Below, in pieces: positions 9,574 through 20,038 of a DNA stretch of 64,000 nt (position 1 is its first letter; the number at the start of each line of letters is the position of its first letter). Location of the stretch: NCBI GenBank assembly GCA_963796965.1, contig CAWCNS010000007.1, positions 864,001 through 928,000 of the forward strand, given 5' to 3'. Made by a program: the position numbers and the translations under genes. Under the pieces are notes generated by a model. That model searched no databases and was not told the origin of the DNA. It was given only the letters and a program-made list of their open reading frames with translations. This DNA comes from Calditrichia bacterium. GTDB taxonomy: Bacteria > Calditrichota > Calditrichia > JAJRVZ01.

Positions 9574-10364
9574 GTATTCTGGATAAAATAATCGAAGTAA
9601 AAAAGGAAGAAGTTGCCCATTTAAGACGTGATTTTAACCTATCCCGATTTTCCGATTCCGATTTATTTGAGCAGAATACACTAAAATTTGGCGATTCCCT
9701 AAAAAATAAAGAGGATATCGGTATCATTGCAGAGATTAAAAAAGCAAGCCCTTCAAGGGGTTTGATCAAAGAGGATTTTGACCATTTGAAAATAGCCGAT
9801 ATCTACTTCAACAATGAGGTGGATGCAGTTTCTGTTTTAACAGACAAGCACTTCTTTCAAGGTGATATTACTTTTTTAAATGATATCGCACAGATAAAAG
9901 GAGCCCCGCTTTTAAGAAAAGATTTTATTATTGATGAATTTCAGATCTACGAAGCCAGATCTAATGGCGCAGACATTATCCTGCTTATTGCGGAGGTGCT
10001 TTCTGAGAATCAAATCCAGGAATTAACCCATGCAGCTTATGAGATCAATCTGGACGTCTTGTTGGAATTTCATTCCGAGGATCAGATATCCAAGATCAAC
10101 TTTGATTTTAATAAATTAATTGGGATAAATAACCGCAATCTGGAAAATTTTATGACAGATTTAAATACAACAAATCAAATATCAGAAAAACTTTCTGATG
10201 ATATAATATTGGTATCCGAAAGTGGTATTAAAACCGAGGAAGATATTAACGTTTTAAAAAAAACAAAAACCAAAGCAATATTAGTTGGTGAACATCTCAT
10301 GTCTTCTGAAGATAGTGACCGTTCTCTAAAAGAATTAAAAGATTGGTGTCACCATGCAGGTTAA
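9570..10364 (+). CDS. trpC: Indole-3-glycerol phosphate synthase
   Basis: IAEIKKASPSRG, LRKDFII, GINNRNL, SESGI. Confidence 0.96.
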   Translation: MSILDKIIEVKKEEVAHLRRDFNLSRFSDSDLFEQNTLKFGDSLKNKEDIGIIAEIKKASPSRGLIKEDFDHLKIADIYFNNEVDAVSVLTDKHFFQGDITFLNDIAQIKGAPLLRKDFIIDEFQIYEARSNGADIILLIAEVLSENQIQELTHAAYEINLDVLLEFHSEDQISKINFDFNKLIGINNRNLENFMTDLNTTNQISEKLSDDIILVSESGIKTEEDINVLKKTKTKAILVGEHLMSSEDSDRSLKELKDWCHHAG

Positions 10365-10963
10365 AATTTGTGGTATAACCAATGTAGCTGACGCGCTACT
10401 CTGTCAGGAATTAGGTGCCCATGCATTGGGATTTATCTTTTATCCAAAGAGTAAGCGATTCATTCCACCGGAAAAAGCAACAGATATTATAAATCAATTA
10501 TCTCTCTTTACAAATAAAGTGGGTGTATTTGTAGATGAAGAGCCCGACTTTATTAATGATATGGCAAAGGCGGTTGGATTAACCTCTGTTCAAGTTCATA
10601 GTGAGGAAACACCCGAGATATTGGAAAAAATTAATTACCCGGTTATTAAATCATTTAGAGTCGATCCTGTATTTGATTTTACACAGTTGGCTCCTTATGA
10701 GAAACATACACTACTCCTCGACACCTATTCAGATAAGGAATTCGGAGGAACGGGGACAACTTTTAATTGGCAGAAAATACCGGAGGAGAATTAGATCAAA
10801 AATTATTCTTGCCGGTGGTATCTCATCTGATAACATAGAGAAGATTTCTCTTGAGATTAAGCCCTTAGCCGTTGATCTTTCTTCCTCAGTTGAGATATCT
10901 CCCGGCAAAAAAGATTCGGCTAAACTTGAAACCTTTTTTGCCAAGCTAAATATTTTAAGGTAA
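10354..10963 (+). CDS. trpF: Phosphoribosylanthranilate isomerase, frameshifted near 10785-10790
   Basis: VKICGIT, LLDT...GGTGTTFNW, then ILAGGI...VDLSSSVE..PGKKD in the next frame. Confidence 0.93.
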
Positions 10964-10978
10964 TTGGAAAAATGTCTT

Positions 10979-11210
10979 TCTCACGCAAAGACGCGGAGAC
11001 GCAAAGAGGTATTATATCTAAAGTCAAGTTAGTGAAATTGAAAAAAGGAGATAAAAGAACTACTTTTTATATAATTCAAATTTAGAAGATGTCATTCCGC
11101 CTGCCTGAGGCGGATTGAATTCTGAATACTACAAAGATGCTGAAACAAGTTCAGCATGACAAGACTAAATATTATATTATTTCTTAGCGTCTCTGCGTCT
11201 TTGCGTGAGA
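10979..11210. repeat. MITE-like element with terminal inverted repeats between trpF and trpB
   Basis: TCTCACGCAAAGACGCGGAGACGC ... GCGTCTCTGCGTCTTTGCGTGAGA (1 mismatch in 24), with internal GTCAT..ATGAC hairpin pair. Confidence 0.85.
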
Positions 11211-11244
11211 ATAAAAAAATAAAACATTTAATAGTAAACTGAAT

Positions 11245-12456
11245 ATGAGCACAAAACAAAAATACAACTACCCTGACCAGAATGGGAAATTTGGTATATT
11301 TGGCGGGCGATATGTACCTGAAACCTTGATGGCCGCCCTAAATGAATTAGAGCATTTGTTTCATCGAGCTATGATGGACCCCGTTTTCCTAAACGAATTG
11401 GAAGATCTCCAAAAAAACTATAATGGCCGACCAACACCGCTAACCTATGCTTCACGCCTGACCAAACATTATGGAAAGGCAAAAATCTATTTAAAGCGGG
11501 AAGATCTTTGCCACACGGGAGCCCACAAACTAAACAATGCATTGGGACAGATCCTTCTCGCCCGAAAAACGGGTAAAAAACGAATTATCGCTGAAACCGG
11601 TGCGGGCCAGCATGGAGTCGCAACAGCCACCGTTTGTGCAAAGTTCGGCCTTCAATGTATTGTATATATGGGTGAGGTCGATGTTGAACGCCAGGCTTTG
11701 AATGTTTTCCGCATGAAGATGCTTGGAGCGGAGGTTATTCCAGTAAAATCGGGGACACGCACTCTTAAAGACGCCACTAATGAAGCCATTCGTGATTGGG
11801 TAACCAATGTGGAATCAACCCACTATATAATCGGATCTGTGGTTGGTCCTCATCCCTACCCCATGATCGTGCGGGAATTTCAATCCATTATCGGAAAAGA
11901 AACAAAAGAGCAAATATTGGATGTTGAAGGAAGATTGCCCGATTATCTTCTAGCCTGTGTTGGAGGTGGTTCCAATGCCATTGGCATGTTTTATCCTTTT
12001 CTGGAAGATCACAAAGTTCACCTTATCGGTGTAGAGGCAGCCGGAGAGGGAATTGCGACGGAAAAGCATTGTGCCACCCTTACCCTTGGTACTATTGGCA
12101 TTTTTCAGGGGATGAAATCATATCTCCTTCAGAATGAATCTGGTCAGGTTTCTGAGGTACATTCAATCTCAGCAGGATTAGATTATCCAGGGGTTGGTCC
12201 GGAACATTCAGCACTCTCTGAAGATGATCGCGCCCGCTATGAATCGGTTACCGATACCGAAGCCATTAAGGCCACATCAAAATTATCAAAATACGAAGGT
12301 ATTCTTCCTGCCCTTGAAACGGCCCATGCGATTGCATATCTGGAAACCTTAATGTCAGAGACAAAAAAAGGTGAGATTGTTGTTGTAAATGTGAGTGGAC
12401 GCGGGGACAAAGATTTAAATACAATCATAGCAGAAATGGACAAGAAACAAAAATGA
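11245..12456 (+). CDS. trpB: Tryptophan synthase beta chain
   Basis: [49 protein letters not shown]. Confidence 0.98.
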   Translation: MSTKQKYNYPDQNGKFGIFGGRYVPETLMAALNELEHLFHRAMMDPVFLNELEDLQKNYNGRPTPLTYASRLTKHYGKAKIYLKREDLCHTGAHKLNNALGQILLARKTGKKRIIAETGAGQHGVATATVCAKFGLQCIVYMGEVDVERQALNVFRMKMLGAEVIPVKSGTRTLKDATNEAIRDWVTNVESTHYIIGSVVGPHPYPMIVREFQSIIGKETKEQILDVEGRLPDYLLACVGGGSNAIGMFYPFLEDHKVHLIGVEAAGEGIATEKHCATLTLGTIGIFQGMKSYLLQNESGQVSEVHSISAGLDYPGVGPEHSALSEDDRARYESVTDTEAIKATSKLSKYEGILPALETAHAIAYLETLMSETKKGEIVVVNVSGRGDKDLNTIIAEMDKKQK

Positions 12457-13244
12457 GCAAAATTTCAGAACATATACAACAATTGAATGATCAAAGTAGA
12501 AAAGCATTAACTGTATTTTTAACTGCTGGCTTTCCAGTAGCAGATAATTTTGTTGATTTAGCAGTTAATACATTTGAATCCGGTGCTGATTTATTAGAAA
12601 TTGGTATTCCCTTTAGTGACCCAATTGCCGATGGGCCAGTTATACAAAAATCTTCACAGATTGCCCTTAAAAATGGTGTAACCTTATCTACTGTGCTCAC
12701 CTATACAGAAAAAATAAAATCAAAAACAGATAAACCAATTATTTTGATGGGGTATGCGAATCCCATACTACATTTTGGATTGAAAGATTTTATCAATCAG
12801 GCAAAAAACTGCGGTGTCGATGGGTTAATTATACCGGATATCCCCATTGAAGAATATAACGATTTCTGGACCGAAGAAGCAGCCGGGATCGACAAGATAT
12901 TACTAACGACACCAACCTCTCCCGCGGAAAGAATCAGAAATATTGATCAACTAAGCAATGGCTTTGTATACTGTGTTAGCGTTACCGGTACAACGGGCAT
13001 GCAGGAGAAGTTCCAAGAAAGCAGTCTGGACAACCTGAATCGTACGTATAATATAATCAAAAATAATAAAATGCTGATTGGTTTTGGTATCTCCGGACCT
13101 GACGTAATAAAAAAATTCTCACCACACTGCGATGGTGTTATCGTGGGAAGTGCTGTAATCAATAAACTTCTTTCAGAAAAAGACAAGCAATGTCGGGAGA
13201 CCTGTGACTTTATTCGAGCGATGAGCAACGCATGTACAGCTTAA
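12453..13244 (+). CDS. trpA: Tryptophan synthase alpha chain
   Basis: [41 protein letters not shown]. Confidence 0.97.
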   Translation: MSKISEHIQQLNDQSRKALTVFLTAGFPVADNFVDLAVNTFESGADLLEIGIPFSDPIADGPVIQKSSQIALKNGVTLSTVLTYTEKIKSKTDKPIILMGYANPILHFGLKDFINQAKNCGVDGLIIPDIPIEEYNDFWTEEAAGIDKILLTTPTSPAERIRNIDQLSNGFVYCVSVTGTTGMQEKFQESSLDNLNRTYNIIKNNKMLIGFGISGPDVIKKFSPHCDGVIVGSAVINKLLSEKDKQCRETCDFIRAMSNACTA

Positions 13245-13419
13245 TCTCTCGCAAAGGCGCTAATATTCAAGAAAAAGGAAAAAAGAAAAAAGAACCAATT
13301 TTGTTTAAATAGTGAATCATGTGTAAGATTACAAATTAAAAACAAAATATTTATCTTTTGTCATTTTTCTTTTTTCCTTTGTCTAATTTTTCTCAGCGTT
13401 TCTGCATCTTTACGAGAGA
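13245..13419. repeat. Degenerate inverted-repeat element after trpA
   Basis: TCTCTCGCAAAGGCGC ... GCATCTTTACGAGAGA. Confidence 0.65.
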
Positions 13420-13471
13420 TGGAGAGGGTTTCACAAAATTTATTCATAACAGAATATGAGAGGACTATAAT

Positions 13472-13885
13472 ATGAATTTATTATTTATGACCCATTCGCA
13501 CTTTAGGTGGATACTTGTTATAGTGATTTTGGTTGCCTTTTTTAAATATCTAAGTGGTTGGTTGGGGGGATCAAAATATTCCAAATTTGATGATATTATT
13601 TTTAAAAGTTTTTCAGGAATAGTTGACTTGCAGGTATTATTAGGATTGACTTTTCTAATTTGGAATGGTTTAGAGGGTGCGGGATTTCCACGTTTTCGAC
13701 TGGAGCATAGTTTTTTAATGATTATTGCTGCTGTATTACCGCATCTAAGCAAACGATGGAAAAATTCAACAGACACAATTCGTTTTCGGAACGGCTTTAT
13801 TATCATTTTAGCAACAGCGTTATTAATATTCGTTGGTGTTGTAATGCTTCCCGGAGGGCTCCATCGCTGGAGTATGGGTGGATAA
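13472..13885 (+). CDS. Conserved 4-TM membrane protein (His-containing, cytochrome b-like)
   Basis: HSHFRW, DLQVLLG, EH..LM, four hydrophobic segments; RBS GAGGA. Confidence 0.65.
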   Translation: MNLLFMTHSHFRWILVIVILVAFFKYLSGWLGGSKYSKFDDIIFKSFSGIVDLQVLLGLTFLIWNGLEGAGFPRFRLEHSFLMIIAAVLPHLSKRWKNSTDTIRFRNGFIIILATALLIFVGVVMLPGGLHRWSMGG

Positions 13886-13898
13886 CCTGTATTTGTTT

Positions 13899-14072
13899 AT
13901 AACGCAAAGACGCAAAGTAGGCGCAAAGGTCGCAGAGATAATTGAACTAAACTCTATTTTGTCATCCCGTTCCGGGACAGAATGACATAAGTATATAAAA
14001 ACAATAAATTCGTGAAATTCGTAATAATTAGTGGATAAAACCCCTCTGCGACGTTGCGGCGCTGCGTGAAAC
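13899..14072. repeat. Composite inverted-repeat element
   Basis: AACGCAAAGACGCAAAG ... GTCATCCC..GAATGAC ... TTCGTGAAATTCGT ... GCGCTGCGTGAAA. Confidence 0.75.
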
Positions 14073-14080
14073 ATTGTATT

Positions 14081-14602
14081 TTAAAAGATACGTTTAAACA
14101 TATTCTCTTTGCGAAGAATAAAATGTTTAACAACCCCTGCAACATGAAACGCCAACAGGATCATAATAATAGTTGCTAATAATCCATGCGCCTTCAGCGG
14201 TGGAATTTCCCCATGAGGTTTCATTAATTCAGGCGCTCCATTCAATAGCGCATCACCATAGCCCCCAAGAACCATTACACTAAAGCCACTGATAGTAAGT
14301 CCTAAAAGCACAATATAAAAGGAATTGTGGATCCAAACGACAAGTTTATCGTTGAATTTTGATCCGGTTTGTGCTCTCTCAGGGCGCTCATGTTTGAAGA
14401 AAAAATAAATCCGAAATAATGTCAGAACCAGGACAATGTTTCCCAATATTGCATGGAACTGCACAAGATCCATTTTATCGGCCGGATTCAACCCATCCAT
14501 GAATTTTCCCAAAGGGAAAAGTATCAGAACCAAAATTGCTGTAAACCAATGTACAATTCGAGTGCCAAGGCTGTATTTTTTATTTAGATCATTCAAAGAC
14601 AT
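14081..14602 (-). CDS. Cytochrome b561 family di-heme membrane protein
   Basis: RIVHW, FHAILG, HGLLA, FHVAGVVKH; transmembrane helices with heme-ligand His residues. Confidence 0.85.
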   Translation of the reverse strand: MSLNDLNKKYSLGTRIVHWFTAILVLILFPLGKFMDGLNPADKMDLVQFHAILGNIVLVLTLFRIYFFFKHERPERAQTGSKFNDKLVVWIHNSFYIVLLGLTISGFSVMVLGGYGDALLNGAPELMKPHGEIPPLKAHGLLATIIMILLAFHVAGVVKHFILRKENMFKRIF

Positions 14603-15112
14603 AGTAAATCCTTTCTGTAAAATTTATGTTACACAGAGTATATTATGGAAGGTCCAATGCAAAAGATCAAATAGCAAATCAGGATTAAAAACCCAAGAAT
14701 TAATAACATAAACATATTTTTTTGTAAACAATTAATTGATTTCATTATCCTCCTGATGCTTCAACCAATGAAAAAGATAGGCTGTCGCAGCTGCAAATCC
14801 TGTATAGTGTCCTTCTACCGCCCTTTGAGTATGTTTATCTTCCCAATAGGTCCCTTTTATACTAGCATTTTCATCATACCTTTTGTAAAGTTTGATTTAT
14901 CAATAGGCACAACATCATTATTATTAAGATTCAGACTATCACAGGATATGAAAATGGACGTAAAACTTAAAATATAAACGATATTTATTAATTGCTTCAT
15001 TAAAATATTTTTCATTTAATCACAGTGATCAAAATGATTCAGTGAAATTCCGTGGCCAAAACAAGTTTGTAAATATCTCAGATTCGTCCGCAATATTATA
15101 CATGATCCTTTA

Positions 15113-15790
15113 TTAAGACTCATTTCCTAAAAATGTGGCGATATCTTCCAGATCATATTTGGAAATTTTTGGTACTTTTGCATCTTTTGCAGGATAACCA
15201 GCAACCAAAATAAGGAAGGGCTTTTCATTCGATGGACGATCAAGGACCTTGTTCAAAAATCCCATCGGACTTGGCGTATGCGTCAGGGTGACCAGACCCG
15301 ATAAATGCAAGGCTGTTATCAGCATACCCGTGGCAATACCCACGGATTCTAAGGGATAATAATTTTTAATTTTGTTATCGTTATCATCAAAAGTGAATTT
15401 TTTCAAAAATACAACTATTAGATAAGGAGCCATTTCAAGAAAGGGCTTATTCTCGTCCGTACCCAGATGTTCAAGGGCCTGTAACCACTCTTTTGTAGCC
15501 CGTTGACGATAAAACGCACGCTCTTCTTCTTCGGCTGCTTCCCGGATTTTTTTCTTTATTTCCCTGTTAGAAACGACAACAAAATGCCAGGGCTGTAAGT
15601 TTGCTCCATTTGGCGCTGTACCGGCCACCCTGATGGCATTCTGAATCACTTCTTCCGGAACGGGACGATCGGAGAAGTCCCGAATAGTTCGCCTGCGTTT
15701 CATCTCCTGATAAAAATTCTGGGACTTCAGAACCATATCATCGCTGTTTTTCTCACTATATTCCAAAGGGATAAAAGTTGGTTTCGTCAT
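15113..15790 (-). CDS. Nitroreductase-superfamily flavoprotein, iodotyrosine deiodinase-like
   Basis: RRTIRDFS, APNGANLQPWHF, EEEERAFY, KPFLE, LTHTPSPM, RPSNEK. Confidence 0.85.
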   Translation of the reverse strand: MTKPTFIPLEYSEKNSDDMVLKSQNFYQEMKRRRTIRDFSDRPVPEEVIQNAIRVAGTAPNGANLQPWHFVVVSNREIKKKIREAAEEEERAFYRQRATKEWLQALEHLGTDENKPFLEMAPYLIVVFLKKFTFDDNDNKIKNYYPLESVGIATGMLITALHLSGLVTLTHTPSPMGFLNKVLDRPSNEKPFLILVAGYPAKDAKVPKISKYDLEDIATFLGNES

Positions 15791-15817
15791 ATAATTCTAT
15801 CCAGATATTATAATGTT

Positions 15818-16870
15818 TCAGACATTGATTTCTTTTAGGATATAGCTAGTGGGATCACCAACACCCAATTCACCCGCATAGGCAAATGTATCTTTTGTAA
15901 AACCCAGATCATAAGGCGGATAAACTTCTTTTAAAACCTTTGCTGCACATATATCTGCCGCGAGAGAATCTCCGCTGATAATAAGACAATTCGCCTCTTT
16001 CGGCATACCTGTCCCAACACTCAGGTGATCCTTACATAAAATTTTTCGTGCATCAATTATCGTCATATCCGGATTTGCGGCCATGGCGGCTTCAGCAATG
16101 GTTCGACACAATCTTTTTGTCACCTCATCTTTGGGCATCGATTCCCGTCTATTTTTATTATTCTCCCCCCAAAGATGCATATTATTGGTGGTATCAGCAT
16201 CAAGAACACCCATCATATTTTTTAAAGAACAGGTTAGGTTGGTAATTGAGTGGCGTTTTAAAGTGGGCATATTAATGATGAGATCGGTATCATATATCTT
16301 TTTGAGAACACCGATAGAGGGCATTTCTTTCCATCTATCATCTCGTACCTGTATCGCCTCAGCCACACCATCATCCATTAGCGAATCCGTACTAAATCGA
16401 CCCGTCTCTGCTTTTTTATTTAGACCGCTCCATTCAAATTTTCCACCGGCCCTCCCCTTCACTTTTTTTGCCCTTCGATCAGCCACAGTTATATTCTCAT
16501 ATCCTTCGCTTTGCAATTGCCTGACGGTTGTTAATACAGAATCAACATCGGTCGTTGTGGGATATTTAGTTCTTTTGTCAAAAACAAAATTTGGTTTGAT
16601 TATGATAGATTTTTGCTGGCCAAATTTGGAGAAACCTCCTAATTCGGCCATACCCCTTGCCAGCATATCGGGATAACTTTGTCCACGGACAATGAGAACC
16701 AGCGGTTTTCCATTTTCTGTATATGGATTAGGCTGACGGTTGCGGATAGGATGGTTAAGATTCAAGACCTTTTCATTTCCTGCTATACTGTTAATGATAG
16801 CCGGACCTGCCACACATAGCCCTAACGCCTGACCTAGAAATTTTCTTCGTGTCTGTTCATTTTTATCCAC
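15818..16870 (-). CDS. DUF362 family protein with Tat signal
   Basis: TRRKFL twin-arginine motif; IIKPN, INMPTLKRH, TCSLKNMMG, D..AAD. Confidence 0.8.
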   Translation of the reverse strand: MDKNEQTRRKFLGQALGLCVAGPAIINSIAGNEKVLNLNHPIRNRQPNPYTENGKPLVLIVRGQSYPDMLARGMAELGGFSKFGQQKSIIIKPNFVFDKRTKYPTTTDVDSVLTTVRQLQSEGYENITVADRRAKKVKGRAGGKFEWSGLNKKAETGRFSTDSLMDDGVAEAIQVRDDRWKEMPSIGVLKKIYDTDLIINMPTLKRHSITNLTCSLKNMMGVLDADTTNNMHLWGENNKNRRESMPKDEVTKRLCRTIAEAAMAANPDMTIIDARKILCKDHLSVGTGMPKEANCLIISGDSLAADICAAKVLKEVYPPYDLGFTKDTFAYAGELGVGDPTSYILKEINV

Positions 16871-17072
16871 GTTAGATCTCCAAACTAATCTTTAACATTC
16901 TCAAAACAACTTAGAAAATATAGATTATCAAACCCTTAAAAAAAAACAAAATATAGATGAATTATCAAATCAAAGCAAAGATTTAGACTCTGATGTCATT
17001 GATTTTCAACAAAGATATTCTTATATATGGCCTGATTTTAGCATGGACAAAATGAGAATCGTGGAAATAATT

Positions 17073-17397
17073 AAACTGCTTCGCAGTTTGGAACTAATGG
17101 GTTGCTTATGTCTTCGGGTTGTACCCGAAGTTATTCATATTTAACTGCTTTGCAGTTAAACTGAAGTTTAATAATCATCCATAACTTTCAGGATTATTTT
17201 AAGAAATATTGTATTGATGTCTAAATAAAGTTGTCTCGTCCTAATAGAATCGTAATATGAAAAAATGATAATGAAGATAAGAAAATACTTACAATGATAA
17301 TAAACAATTTAATTCCGAAGGAATTGAACATGAATAACCCCGATTGAAAATCGGGGAGAATAAATACAAAGAATTCATTAACTCTGAAAGAGTTGAA
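17073..17397. repeat. Inverted pair of three-hairpin REP-like elements
   Basis: 17073-17160 (minus) and 17311-17397 (plus) share hairpin / ATGAATAAC / hairpin / hairpin layout. Confidence 0.7.
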
Positions 17398-17481
17398 TTT
17401 TTAAATATGTCTGTTAAATCGTTAATTAAGAAATCATTTTATAAATATTTTAAATTGGCTTTAAATTTAAATGGATTAAAT

Positions 17482-19762
17482 ATGAGAAATTCAATTTGGA
17501 CTTTACAACTAGGGATGATAATCCTATTTATATCTTGTTCTAATGATGGCATCCATAAGAACGATTCAAATCAACCCATATATATTGATAGACCTTACAT
17601 ACAAGATTATGCTATCAAATACAACTTCATAAATACGAATGTATCTCCAAAAAAAGTTTATACTGATCGAAATGGTGTCGTTCAAATCCTTGCTTCGAAT
17701 CAGCTCTATCGTCCCAACAACGGACATTTCCAATATCCGGGAACTATAGTGCCAGATATTAGATTCAGACCAATGGCGGATAAATCTATTACCGACATGA
17801 TTATCTATGAGAATCAATTTGTTTATTTAGATGAAAATGCCGTTTTGAGTAATGCATGGGCGGGAAAATTATACGTCAAACATCAATTGCCCGCAGCAAA
17901 GATTCTATGTGCCGGGTCTCAATTTTCCTTTTTGATATCGGATGGCAATAATCTTATATACCTCAACGACTCTAAAATAATATGGGAAGAAACTCTGCCG
18001 AATACTCGAGTATTATCCATCAAATACAATAAATTTGGGAATGAGTTCCTTATACTAACTGAAAAAGATCTATTCTCATTAGCAACAACCAAAGGTTTCC
18101 TCCAATCATTATATATGGGCGTTAACCTAACTTGTTTTGAAACGATCAATGAAGGTAAAACAATCATAACTAGGTACATCAGATGGTTATTTTGAAATGA
18201 CAAGAGATAAACACCTTCTTAGTGATAAATTCAATAAGCTACCCTGGCCGGAGTTGACCCAGGTAAAGGAAATAGATGGGAACCTATGGTTCGGTTCCAG
18301 TCGCGGCGCCTTTATGTTGCGCGAAGATGGAAAATTTAATTATTATTATGGCCAACGCTGGCTACCTGGAAATGAGGTTGTTCATATAGCCAAAGGTCCT
18401 GACAATTCGGTTCTAATCCTTACAAATAAGGGCCTGGGGCAAATTGTTTTCGAAGAAATGAGCCTTGAAGAGAAAGCACTTCGATACGAAAAGCAGGTCC
18501 GCCAGCGTCAGATCCGGTATGGTATAAATAGTAATGTTACCAGGTTAAAGGATCATGACCTATCTACAGCTGAAAATCGGGTGGCAGATAGTGATAATCT
18601 ATGGACCGGTATGTATTTGGGTAGCCAGTTGTTTCGTTATCTGGCAACCGGATCAAATGAAGCAAAACAGAATTGTTATGAAGCTTTTGAGGCAATGGAA
18701 CGTATGCATACCATCAACGGTATAGAAGGACTTTTTGGGCGTTCTTTTGAACGTCGTGGTTACCAGCCTTTTCGAAAAGAATTTCGCTCCTATGTGGATC
18801 ATTTTTGGTATGAGGGATACCAGGGAACGATCAGTTGGCGTCATGCCGATGATCCGGAATGGGATTGGCGTGCTTCCGCCAGCAGCGACCAGACCATTGG
18901 ACAGATCTTTGCCATGACATTGATCGCAGAATATATAGATGACGAAGAGTGGCGCAACCGGGCCATCAATCTTCTTGATGGGTTGATGGGCTATATTGTA
19001 GAAAATGATCTCTGTCTTATCGATTACAATGGCTTACCCACATTATGGGGTCGATGGCATCCGCAATATGTTAATCGTTTTGGTACCATGATCGGCGATC
19101 GCAAAATTTGCTCATCAAATATTATCGCCTTTTTACAAACCGCTTACCGCTTCACGGGAAAAGAAATCTATAAAGAGAAAGCATTTGAGTTGATAGATAG
19201 TCATGGATACCTCGAAAATCTAATGCGACCGTTTAGCGAAATCGGACCTGCCCCTGAGGATGCCGATGCCTGGAGTAAAATGTTATCGGAGGAATGGAAT
19301 CATTCCGATGATGAAATGTACTTTCTCGCCTATTGGGGTTTATTTCCCTATGCTTTTAATGATACATTAAAAGAAAAGTATCGTAAAGCTATAAAAGATC
19401 ATTGGATATATGAACGTCCGGAGAAAAATGCTTTGTGGAATTTTTGTTACGCCATGACAGGTGCTACTGAATTTGATTTAGAAGAATCTATCTGGCATCT
19501 CAAGGAATTTCCACTAGATATGATCCAATATGAAACTAAAAACAGCCACAGGAAAGATATTACGTTTGTTGAGAAAAATTTCTGGGGTCAAACAACAGCA
19601 GAAGTCTTACCGCCAGATGAACGTCCCGAATTAAAACATAATCGTAGTTTATTTAACCTCGATGCTGGAGACCGGCAGAGTGAATTGAGCGCTGGCGATA
19701 CTTTTTTATTGCCTTACTGGATGGGGCGATTTCTCGGGGTGATTAGCGCTCCACAAAACTAG
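17482..19762 (+). CDS. Large uncharacterised lipoprotein (beta-propeller-like N-terminus, helical C-terminal domain), frameshifted near 18170
   Basis: Lipobox FISC; ORFs 17344-18195 and 18197-19762 join via ...LGTSDGYFEM if one base is removed. Confidence 0.75.
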
Positions 19763-20013
19763 TCCACGAATTACACGAATTATCACTAATTTCACGAATT
19801 TTATGATTATTAAGATATAGAAAGGTGGTATTCCGAATATAGTTTTGTCATTCTGTCCCGGAATCGAGATCCTGATTGGAGATAAGAATATTCCATCTGT
19901 CGATATTGTCTTTACATGAAGAAAGATTCCTGTCCCGAAGCGCGATCCTGTTTCTGGACGGAATGAACTGAAATTATCACTTTTCGATTTTATAATTCGT
20001 ATAATTCGTGGAC
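19762..20013. repeat. MITE-like element with 22-bp terminal inverted repeats
   Basis: GTCCACGAATTACACGAATTAT ... ATAATTCGTATAATTCGTGGAC (1 mismatch). Confidence 0.8.
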
Positions 20014-20038
20014 ATTCTTTTTTCTTTTGTCTTTTTTC

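Noticed and set aside
14756..14977. 73-aa plus-strand ORF with CRSCKSC
   Set aside because: No RBS or family resemblance; the opposite strand has the more gene-like signal
16083..16676. 197-aa plus-strand ORF and other antisense ORFs (e.g. 1340-1798, 27921-28367, 48125-48604, 51747-52235)
   Set aside because: They lie opposite well-supported genes and show no recognisable motifs; shadow ORFs
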